A stretch of DNA of 63,946 nucleotides, filler included, from Asterionella formosa (lineage: Eukaryota): assembly GCA_002256025.1 (NCBI GenBank). It is 5 parts of 5 records of this genome, joined end to end, with 100 filler letters (N's around TTAATTAATTAA, not from the genome) between each part and the next. Parts side by side here need not be neighbours in the genome. Positions count along the whole stretch, not along the records: positions 1 to 13,112 come from NKIB01006941.1; positions 13,213 to 26,296 come from NKIB01006942.1; 3 more parts are not named here. The stretch is one strand, 5' to 3'. Numbering within the stretch: position 1 is the first letter of the stretch; every line of letters begins with the position of its first letter. Below the pieces are notes generated by a model, which had not been told where the DNA came from, did not search any database, and worked only from the letters and a program-made list of their open reading frames with translations. The translations under genes were made by a program, and so were the position numbers. Positions 11,431 to 22,551 of the stretch are shown piece by piece.

Positions 11431-13037
11431 TGATGCTGGAAGGAAAGGAGAAAATAAGGCAGGCAGAAATTAAGGCCAATGATTACAACAACAACAATGA
11501 CAAAGATGTTGAATGTCAATGATTATAATAATAATCAACATACATTAAAGCAAGACTACCATTTTCGCTGCAGAAAATAAATATCAATCATGACATTGGG
11601 TCATTTGACGTATAGATTCTTGACATTCTATTTTAATCTTTGGGACTGTATGAGGCCATGAAATTTCCTGAATATGAAGATCGAAGCAACGTTTGGCCGC
11701 AAAAGCATTTCAATTTTCGATCGTCGTATTTCAGGCACCTTACCTAGTAATCTATGGCTGGGAGCAAATTTTGAGAACATCAGGTTGGCTCATGTAGACC
11801 TAGTACAAAAGATAACGCTACCCCTCTATTAAAATATGTATCGCGCAAAAATGCTTGTTATTTTGCCATGACAATGGCCATTATCAACCGTCACTTTTCG
11901 TCGTTCGTGCTGTGATCTCGCGGATCCATTGCTGGTTCGAGCATTGTGAACGTTTGGACTGATATAAAGTGTTGATGGATCCGCGAGGGCAGCCACTAAT
12001 TCCCATTGAGTTTTGAATGATTTTAACATTGGTGTTGCAACAAGCACCAGCAAATAACTTGCTATTATTAAGTGAATTAAGTCAGACATTTGGTCTGAGG
12101 AGGTGAAGGAATGAACCATGACAATAAGTATGATGAATTTCAAAACTAGTGAAGATAATGAATGCTAGATTATAATTAATAATATACAGTATTAAGTGGA
12201 AAGAGCAGCTTAGTTCGATGATATAGGCAGCCACTCTGAATCATGTGCAGTGGAGCAGCAGAATGGCTGCTTCAGTCCACCTTCATGCAATTTGCAACAG
12301 CAAGTATATCAAAGTATGTAGTATGCTGGCTAATAGAAATGAAGACCAAAATGCAATGAAGTTGAGGTGCAATCACCCTGATTCTTTTTCTTTCCTCCAA
12401 AGATGGCCTGTTTATTGACAGATATATAGTGATTTATCAAATATGTTGAGAACGCTCTAGTTCAGAATATACATTTGAATGAATACATGTTCCCATTCCC
12501 AAAAGCAATTATAAAGAATGGGCATTTCCCATAACATCAGAACTTTCATTCATGTATCCTTGATGGAAATAAGGCATTCTCTCATCAGCATGAAATCAAT
12601 TAATCCTCACTTCCACAACACTCTAATCAATCATCTCACTTTATATCACTTCCAATTTAGATTTTGCCTTGTTCTTCCCACAACCTTCTCCAATCTGTCA
12701 ATGGATCATATCCTTCTTGCACTAGGCGTTGCTGGTTGATCATGGTAGTAATAGCAAGGTATTGATGGTGAGGATCAAACAATGATAATGGAGTTATTCA
12801 TCATGGTGAGGGATTGAGTGCAAGGCTGTGGCTGAGCATACTGGGTATATGTTTTATGTGTTGGCAGGAGGGTCATCATGATAATTATTGATGACTGGTA
12901 CCCTGGTACTAAATTCCATTCATTGATCCTTTCTTTAGGGTCGTTCTTATCATTCCGAATTTGCTGTATCATTTCCGGGTTGCGAGCAAAAAATGACGGT
13001 TGGTATCAAAACACGGTATCAGCAACGGTAACTTGAT

Positions 13038-13074
13038 GGTATCAATTTTGTATCAATGATACAAAATTGATACC
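13038..13074. repeat. Perfect 37-bp palindrome within a GGTATCA-rich contig end
   Basis: GGTATCAATTTTGTATCA-A-TGATACAAAATTGATACC; further GGTATCA copies near 13002, 13015 and 13096. Confidence 0.9.
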
Positions 13075-13112
13075 TTTTTTTGCCCCCTCCAAAAACGGTA
13101 TCAGTGATACTG

Positions 13113-13212
13113 NNNNNNNNNNNNNNNNNNNNNNNNNNNNNNNNNNNNNNNNNNNNTTAATTAATTAANNNNNNNNNNNNNNNNNNNNNNNNNNNNNNNN
13201 NNNNNNNNNNNN
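13113..13212. other. Artificial contig spacer
   Basis: 44 N + TTAATTAATTAA (stop codons in all six frames) + 44 N. Confidence 0.97.
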
Positions 13213-13571
13213 GGAATCCTGACAAAAGAAATTGCTGCCCCAATCGAAATTGGCATTCCCCATGATTTCGCTGCAACATCAAATTGATAGAAATCACCAC
13301 CTCCGTTTCTGATGTTTTGTACTATGGCTGTAGCAACAACTACTTCTTGTTCGGCACGTTCGGGTCCGTCCCAATTTGGTGGTAACTGGAATCCAGGCTC
13401 ACTGCTTGTGTTAGTCTTCAATGTTTCCAAACCACGATTAGTCAAAGCCTTGAGTATTTTACTCCAGATTATGTGGAATTCAACGATGGCTGCATTATTA
13501 TTTAGAACATCTCTCGTAAATACGGCAATTACGGGAGGGAAAGGAAGGACAACGGGGGCAATCGTAGTCAT
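13213..13571 (-). CDS. Hypothetical protein, N-terminal part, truncated by contig end
   Basis: ATG at 13571, open for ~119 codons to the gap, protein-like composition; no recognisable domain. Confidence 0.4.
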
Positions 13572-14651
13572 TATTGTTAGTAGTAATGAGTAGAAGGAGA
13601 GTCTGTGTGCGAGGATATTAGCAATGCTATTCTATTGCTTGGTCTAAACAGTCTACTGTTGAGTAAGTTTAGAAATTATAATGCAATTATGCTGTTCCTG
13701 AATATCAATTATATTTGGTCAAGGACAAGTGAATAAAAAAAAAATTTGAAATTGAAATGTGGACGAAAATAAAGAATCACGTGACAACGGAAAAATATGC
13801 TGACAGAATACACCACTGATATACATGTACACATCGAGCCATCGAGGACTTGTTGTCGTTTCTGATAGGATTCAGATGCCAGGGCAATATCAAACATAGC
13901 TAAATATTATTAAGAGGCTTAGAAAGGAAAATTACCCCTCATCAGCCAATAGCCACAAGTACGCTATATTTTCACTTTCTGAAAACTGACATAAACTGGT
14001 AATGGTTCCTGTCTTGCATTGTCGCTTCGTGTGTTTGGGTCAGGTTTCATGTTGAAAATGGCGAGTACCAGTACATAGGACATCTGCGGTTTGTGGTTTC
14101 TAAGGCGTCGTTCGTCACAATGCCTCAAATGTGAATTAAAGACGTCGTTTATTTATGATGAAATTCGGCAGTTGCCCTTCATCACGTTGTTCGTTTAAGC
14201 AATAAGAACGAAACTTGCTCCTGTGATGAAAAAACATTCTTCATCTCCGTCACTCTAGAAAAAAGAATTGTACTTGTGCTAATTTTCTAGCGCACAAGTG
14301 CTTCAAAATTTGGAAAATCAATTTATCATAGAAACCGATTCAACCAAGAACAACATCACTTTTTATTATGTAGCATTTGTATGTTTTCAACTATGGAGAA
14401 GAGCATGGGTATAACGTTTCGATCAACAGAAGTTGGCAATGCCAAAATCGCCATCATCCAGTCTCCCCATCTAAGGAAATCTAGTCGTGGCTGTGTACAT
14501 TTGGGGAGACCGAAGCACGGGATTTACGGTATTACTCTATGGTATAAACGGTAACACATGGTACCCTGGTACTTGCACCAGTTGTCTGCTTTACTACTAC
14601 CGGTACAGGGATACAGCTCTCCAGCATTCTAATGATAAGAAATTTTTCGAG

Positions 14652-14910
14652 TACCTGGTACCTGCAAGTTACGGTAATATTGCCGAAATGACGATTTGGA
14701 CCTCTCGTATATACACGCCTGTAGATCCAATGCTAAAACATATAATCTGGCTAGCTCGGAAAACGGTTATGTTTCATTTGTGGCATGATCGTTTTGAATA
14801 CTATTATGCTAGAATTTGATTTGGCAGGAACTATTTTAGGGTCGCACTCATTCCCCCAATCCAAAAAATTGGGGGGTTTTACCGGAGAGCTAGATTCCGT
14901 CTGGGTCAGA
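14652..14910 (+). repeat. Dispersed repeat, copy 2
   Basis: Aligns by eye with 63726-63946 and, inverted and with an internal deletion, with 8806-8960. Confidence 0.85.
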
Positions 14911-16442
14911 TGCGGGCAAAGGCAAGGGATTAAAGAACATGATAGTCGACCCCCGCCAATGAGTGCACATGTCCGGGAATACATATACCGGTACATGCAC
15001 ATACGGTTTTATGTATAATACCAGTATCTATGCTCTCTGCCTACCGGTACAAACCGGGTACATTTAAGAATTACACAATCGCTCATGAATCGAACGAACA
15101 TGAGAAATTTCCCATTGCCATGATTAAATGATTATTAATTTTCGATTTTGTACATGCGCTTTTAACACTTTTATTAGTTTCGTAGATAGAATACATGTGT
15201 CGCTAGCAAGAAGTGAAAGAAACGAACACATAGCTTTGATATTCATTGCGAAATAGCTAAAATAAAAAATCGGTGGAAGCAACATGGCGTTTGACCGCAA
15301 CGACAATATCTCCATGGTTTCTTGCCGGATCAAAACCCGAGTAGTTTGTACATAACCGTTGTACATCAAGTAGACATATTCTATAATATCAGAAGCTGAA
15401 AACAACAATTGGTTTCTAATTCGTGATTTATCTGTTTACAATAGGCGTATCATCATTGTCATGATGTTACCGGCCGGTACCAAACCGGCAAACATCATGT
15501 TCCAAGAACATACATGCTTGTAGCTATTTACTAACAACCACATACTGACGTCGTCTGCAAATAGAAAGTATCATGCATATAGGATCGCTCATCAAGGGTA
15601 TCGTACGCTAAGTGGCACAGGATTTTTGTATATATGATAATTTTTGGATCAAAAATATGATCAAGGTATCTTGTAACTATAATGATTTATTAATATTTTA
15701 CTGACCTTGAAATATAATGATAATAAGAACGTTATCATCACACAATGTATATATACTGATCAACAACATTTCTGATCAATATCATAAACCTTCTGGTATT
15801 ATTTTCACTCGTGATCGCCCGATGTAAATCATTACTACAACGCATCCTAAAATCAGCTCAACTCTATGGTATCATGTGATTTTTTTAATCGTAAATCTAT
15901 CTTAAACATGATCATAATTCTAATCACAAGCATTGTTAAAAAAGGATTGGAATAGATCTTAATTTAAATAACAAATTTAACAATGATATTTCTGTTTCGA
16001 CAGCTAACCGAGGAATGTTTCTCACCTCTCCACTCGTCTCAATGTATATTCCTGTCTCGCCCTTTTCTTCCTCTATTCTGAATCATGTGCAAAGTAGTGC
16101 CTTACTAACATCTGATATTGTTGAGATGATCATATTCGCATATACATAATTCGAAAATATTCAATGCACTATATGTCCATTGTTTTCCACGACTACGTGT
16201 ACCGGTATTGTTTCTGAAATTTGTTTGCATCGATACTTTCTACGTCCATTGGAACTAATTATTTAGACCATTCAATTGGTGGAAGTCATAACCGCAAGGA
16301 TTTTGGTAGTAGCAAATTATTTAAGCCCCTTTTTTGGGCGGGAGTTCTTCATGTGTACTGGTACGCACATCATATGACAATAACAATATATCATATATAT
16401 ATACAGAGTACCAGTACCAGGTAGTAAGTGATATACTGGGGG

Positions 16443-16905
16443 TAGTCGGAGTAGTAAACAAGCAACAGAACACCATATGTTCAGGACTGTTGCTACTGCA
16501 GTGGGACAGTAAATCATCATAGTTTTAGGATCGTATGATCGTACTAAAACTAAAAACCAATAGTCGGAGTAATAAGCAAGCACCAGAACACCATATGTTT
16601 ATGACTGCTGCTACTGCAGAGGGACAGTAAATCATCATAGTTTTAGGATCATATGATCATAAAAGTGAAAAAGAATAGTCGGAGTAGTAAGCGAGCAACA
16701 GAACACTATATGTTCATGACTGCTGCTACTGTAGCGGGACAGTAAATCATCATAGTTATAGGATCATATGATCAAAAAACTGAAAATCGGTAGTCGGAGT
16801 AGTAAGCGAGCAACAGAATACCATATGTTCAGGACTTTTGCTACTATTGTGGGACAGTAAAACATCATAGTTTTAGGATTGTATAATTGTATAATTGAAA
16901 ACAAG
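16443..16905 (+). repeat. Tandem array of four ~115-bp units
   Basis: Units start TAGTCGGAGTA at 16443, 16561, 16676 and 16791 (periods 118, 115, 115). Conserved GGGACAGTAAA.CATCATAGTT and internal palindromes such as GATCATATGATC. Confidence 0.95.
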
Positions 16906-17132
16906 ATATGCTATTACTCAAACTCGGTTCTGATTTTGTATATGATAATGTAAATAGCACTGTTGGTCATATGGTACTATCATCATATGTAGACAGCGTA
17001 AAATATTATTTGTAGTGGCTGCTGATTCATTTCATTGTAACTAGCAACACTTGAATTTAAGATCATCAAACTTTAAGGAAGACAACGACGTCTTCAAGAA
17101 ACCATAAAGAGGTTCATGCAAACAAGCGACAT

Positions 17133-19410
17133 GTGGCAAATACTGCCGGTATGGAACAAAGAAGCAAGTTCCAAAATGAGTTAACAAAGAAAAAGCGAAT
17201 AGGTGATTATCCAAAGCAACCCAATCGGCGATTGGGAGACGTTGGGGGTAATACCCCATCGTCAATGGGGACACCATCAGCTACTAGTACAAAGGATCCC
17301 GTAATTGATACTGACAGCGATGATGACGTTTCTACTTCAGTTATTGATACAAGAAAAATGGCTCCTGTCGATGATACCATTAATAACAACTCCCGGATGC
17401 AGATGGACGACATGGTACCATATCATAAATTTTCTAATCGCACGGACCAACAAGTACATGAAAAACTGAGGGAAAAAAATTTTGCACTCGCTAAAGGATA
17501 TTATCAATTGGTCAACGAACTCAATCACTACAAAGGTCGTAATTTGCTCGGTTCAAAACTCGCTCGTCCATACGAGGTTATCAAGACTCTTCAATTTCAG
17601 CAGCCTTATCAGAACGTCGTTCTCGCTAAGCTGAAATTGAACCGATCCATCAATTGTCACAAAGGTTGTGAGTTTTATTTTCAAGACCAAGAAGTTTTGC
17701 TGTGAACATGTAAGTTTGAGGTTATAGTTCGTGAATTGCAGGTAGCTACTGTAAAACAGAATATCAATATAATGTGCTTTTTTTTGGTCCCAAAAGAGAA
17801 TCAAACATCCCGCCATGCCTATATGGTCCAAGTATTATGACAGGCATTTCCAATCACAAACAGGATTGGTTTGCCCAATTTTACGGGTGGGGCCGTGTTA
17901 TATTGCATAATCCTATTATGCCTGCAATAATAAATCATTTTTTGGTGGTGCAACTCCATTTGAGGTTCTTCATCAATTTCTACTTGGAATATTTAAGTAC
18001 ATTTTGGAATCTTTGTGCAATTATCGGACTATCCCTGAAGAATGGACATTTTTTTATAGAAAGAAAATCTCCAGATATTCCAGAAAACATCTCCGATCAT
18101 AAACGTAACTCTGAAACAACAGACTCTGCTTTTCTTGATCAAGAGCAACCGAAGAAATGGGCAAAGACCAAAAAGGACACACGCACCCCCATTACCAAAA
18201 ATATCTACACTGGCAAAAATCAAAACCCAACACTTGTACCAGCACCAGAAATGTAGCTATTTTCGAAACTATACTTCGAAAAAAGTGCTAGATAGCTTTA
18301 TCAATAGTCATTTGGAAAGGCAAAGCGATCGTGATATTCCAAAATTGTCATAAAAAAAGACAAATTGACACGACCCAGTAAGTGTGTCAACAGACAATTA
18401 CATCGATTAAAGCATGACATTTTAACAAGTTCATATGAAACAAGGCAGTTTGCCTTGGCAAGAAAAATCGTTTTTATAAGTGATTCATTACATACAGAAA
18501 ACAAACAAAAGAAGATGAGTAGAGAAAATACCATCAATGTAACTGAGGGTATTTCAACAGAAATTGATTTCGAAGGAATGATTCCGGATACAATGATGTT
18601 GCCTAGTGTAGTAGGTCGCCTGATAATTTTGGAATGTTGCCTACTACCAAGATCCATTCACCATCCCTTCCTGTTAAAGTTCAATTTTCTGCTTCATCAT
18701 CAAATGGTCTATGGACTATAGCAGGTGTCCCTAATAAGATTGGGCATGTAGCACGGAGTAAGGATGCACCCTTGTCTCAATTGGTTCATCCTGATTTACC
18801 GAAGGGGGCCAACTACGTAAAGAGCATTGCGAATTCATCAATAGAAATAGCAAAAATCAAAAGTCTTGAAGATGGGGTTGGGCCTGTTTCCATTGTAAGG
18901 ATTAAATTTTATTATCATGTTAAGATTGAAAGTAATGTTCCCGGCCAAACAACTACTATTTTCAGATGCCATCCGAAATGGAATAATGATTCAAAGGCAG
19001 GAATCTCTGGTCGTGAATGGTTTGACTGGGTCGAAATAACCTGGGAGAAAGAAGATGGATCAAGTTCCTACACAGTTCAGCTCCGGCAAAACTACTTCTT
19101 TGGGGAAATGTTATTTCCTTGGAAAGTTCAACTGAAATGAAAATTCATAAACGAAGCTATGTTTTTTGCAAGAGGAGACACCTTATGCAATGATACAACT
19201 GAATTGAGCGTTGTTGAATTTCATAACATACTTTCGGCAGCATTTGTTGTTCCTGCTTTGAAACCACAGGAATCAAGGAAATCTCTGAAACGGGCCCGCA
19301 CCGCAAGAAATTTTGGAACAGATACGGAAAGATAATTTTTATGTTGCCATGCCTCCACGTAATTTATGGAAATCAATCGGGTGGGACCAAAAGCTAACAA
19401 GCGAACGTTG
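17133..19410 (+). pseudogene. Fragmented transposon-associated gene; C-terminal motif resembles EnSpm/Plavaka-like transposase tails
   Basis: Consecutive frameshifted ORFs (17133-17705, 17774-18256, 18365-18721, 18634-19140). Motif IFRCHPKW...EWFDWVEITW followed after a frameshift by PAKLLLWG. No catalytic core seen. Confidence 0.4.
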
Positions 19411-19499
19411 ATAAATGTATAAGAATAATATAAATGATAATGGTAACAATATATTTTTGCATACTATATTGGTTATTATGAGGTCCTAAGAAATGATGA

Positions 19500-21442
19500 C
19501 ATTGGATGATCCCAATGGTCCATTATTTCTTCTTTTTCACTCCCAAAGAACCTAAGAAGGTTCTTCTCGTTTCGTCCGAAATTTTGCTTCTCCACTTTTT
19601 AACTGCAGTTCAATATGAGTCTGTAAACTTTTTCAATTTGATTCCAGAAGGGCTATCATCAGTAACTTTGATGCATTTTTCATTACTTTGTTGTATCATG
19701 GATTTTACGTAGACAACATCATCCTTCTTGAAAGAAGAGTTGCAAGGAACTCGTCCAAATATTTCGTTCAACATTTTTAAATCTAAATGGGATGTTAAAA
19801 TTTTGTCGATACAAAATTGATGAACAGTTATTTCTAACTGAAACATATCCACACGAGAATTTGTCGTTGTCACTTGAGGCCAAACTGTTCCAAGATGAAA
19901 GTATCATGTTGACTTGGTTGGTGGGTCAGATGTAATGCATAAGAAATCGTCTGTTCGATCTGTTGCTACAACCTGACGTTTAAAACTTTCAAGGACTCAG
20001 TCTCCAAACGGAAATGTGCCCGTTTGCCAAGAAATTTGGTTGAATTTGCCATTCCTTTCTAATTGCAATAGAGTTTCCAACACTTTCACAATTGTCAAAG
20101 GTCCACATGACCATCCACTGTAATCTTCTGGTTGAAATAACATGGAATCATGCATATTCAGTTGCCATACTGATCTGCAATGGTGCTTTGGTGCCAGTAT
20201 AGAAAGATTTCGAGAACCAATTTCTTCAGGTATATGGGATTCTTGTCGAAGATATCCTGTATCTGTGCATAACAATATCAATTCTTTTCTGCATCCAGGG
20301 ATGATGCAGTACTTACGGGCAAGGTGAAATACTTGATCATTATGTTCATCCACACTCACCTGCATCTTTTCCTGGGTCACGGACTTGACAAAATCCATCA
20401 TTTATAGCATAAAGATAATGCACAAAATGATTGTTTTCCTCCTCATCTGATCTTTTGCAATACAAAATTAGCACATAATTACTTTCGTGATGAAGTGGAT
20501 GACAATCACCTTGGTATATATATATGGATTGTTATTACCCTTTTCTGGGTTCTCATCCAGATCAAATATAGCTAACCTTTATATCACTTGGATGAAGTTC
20601 ATGAATTATACAATGGATCATAGAGGTAATTGTTTCAAGGTCCCAATATGCAAGATCTTTAAAATCTAAAGATGATTTTTTGATACCTTTGACTCCATAA
20701 AACAAAATACAGAGGCGTAATTGCATATATCTTGTGGGGTACAAGTGTACAACTCTTTCCACAATTTTAGTTGTCCATGCGATTTCGGCAAACTCAAGGA
20801 AAATGCCGCCTGTTTGCTTTGGCATAATAACTCTACACATTTCACATGCCGACTCTTCACAAATGTAGCTAGCTACCTTCGGGATTGTTTTCATTGATTT
20901 TACAAAGAAATTCTTTTTCTTCCATCTATAATTTGGAAAAAATTTAATTTTGTGTTTCTGACTTCGTTCCTGACTCAGAGCATCAACTGCCTTAGCCAGT
21001 ATCACATCTCTGTCTGCTTTGATCTTCTTGAATTCGAGGTCTTGATCTAGCTCAGAATTTTCTTGAAAATCTGTTCTTTTAGAAATGCAATACTTTCATT
21101 GCTTTCATGATGTTCATCTTGATGTTCTGGACGGATAGTCAGAAATATTTCTTGGTTTTGCAATCTTTCAACCATTTCTACTTCTGAAGTGTTGTCAGCC
21201 ACGTTTCCGCCGATATTTTCATTCATCGCCTGATTTTGATCATCAAATGAATGAGAATCACTGAGTTCTTCTTCATTATCAGCGATTTCGGGAGAATGAG
21301 GAGTAAAATACGACACTGGATGGTGGAACTGTGACTCTGTACGAATAGAGTCTTCATCCACGAAGAACAACTGTTTGGGTTTCCTCTTCGAAAGCAATCT
21401 TTCCTTCTCTTCAATCTCAGCCACTATTGTATCGGTTGGCAT
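19500..21442 (-). pseudogene. Fragmented Ulp1/C48-like cysteine protease gene
   Basis: QPEDYSGWSCGP (Q..D..SCG catalytic Cys motif) in ORF 19997-20401. An upstream frame gives PLHHESNYVLILY...YAINDG at the expected His/Asp positions; multiple frameshifts. Confidence 0.5.
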
Positions 21443-22329
21443 ACCGTACTTGCTTCATTATTATTTTTTCTGGAGTATTATGAATCTGTTCAAATTCATT
21501 TGATCTTTGAGTGTATTCAAAGGACTCTTCGATTGATTGATTTCATACGTTTCTTCATCTTCTTTTCCGAAAACATAAAGTCGTGTAGTGTAAACAATGG
21601 AAGTAAGTCTCGTTTCTTGTTTGACTGATCCTTTCCTTGAAATCCGTGAAATGCCATTTGGAAAGCAAGTTGTCAAAGGGCCAGAAGACTATGATGTAAA
21701 ACAGTGGAAGGGAAACGCGGAGCTTTTTGCGGCGCTTGTGGAGGTGCAACTGGTGTGATGGTAACCGAGTGTAGTAATTGTTGAACAGAGCACAGTGTAA
21801 TATGCATGTTCCGCCAGCGTAGTGTTTACACAATACACATGCTGGCACATATATAGCTAAAACAAGGAAAGACGACACGACAATGAACGTGATGGCTGGT
21901 TGTTGAGGATACCGGTATGTGATATGCATCAATCCATATCACAAATCATATTATAGTGATGTACATATCAACGCATCCGTATACTTAGATCCTATCCACT
22001 GTATAATACTATCATATTAAATATTGGCTTTAAAAGACGAATATATATATATATATATTAATTAACATACTTTATGATTGATTTATTTATTTGTTTTCTA
22101 TGATGTCTTGATAAAACTTGCGTACATATTTTATTGCATTATTTTGTCATTGTATTATTTTAACATAATCATGTTTTGATCAAAATTATATCATAAACAT
22201 TTTATAAAATCATCATGGTTCTGTGATCAATGTATCAGTACTATGTGATGTACTTTATTCAATATTACGTATCATACTTTGGTGATGTATGCATCGATTT
22301 AAACCTATCATGATATCACATTATCATCT

Positions 22330-22506
22330 TGTCAATCATGATGAGATGATTGGGAAGCAACTGTATTCTGCATCGTGCTACAGGGTATATTATTATATCA
22401 CGCACTTTAGTAGCTAAGTCACTCCGCCTGTAATGTACACAAGTCGACAGTGCACATACACACACGCTAATCAGGTTTGATGCAATGGACAGTGGTTCCA
22501 ACGAGC
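22330..22506 (+). repeat. Candidate 5' LTR (22330-22491) and primer-binding site (22493-22506) of copia element
   Basis: Begins TGTCAAT and ends ATGGACA (imperfect inverted termini), followed by TGGTTCCAACGAGC directly upstream of gag. No second LTR present to confirm. Confidence 0.45.
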
Positions 22507-22551
22507 AAATGACGATACTAGGAGTACCATTTTTTCCAGTGGCAAACCGCA

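Noticed and set aside
11829..12972. Possible decayed transposase next to the palindromic contig end
   Set aside because: Frames too broken; no diagnostic motif recognised.
13157..13168. TTAATTAATTAA as a biological repeat or piggyBac TTAA site
   Set aside because: Identical linker centred in all four 100-nt N gaps; assembly artefact.
16443..16905. CRISPR-like array
   Set aside because: Whole 115-bp units are homologous; no unique spacers and no cas genes; eukaryotic context.
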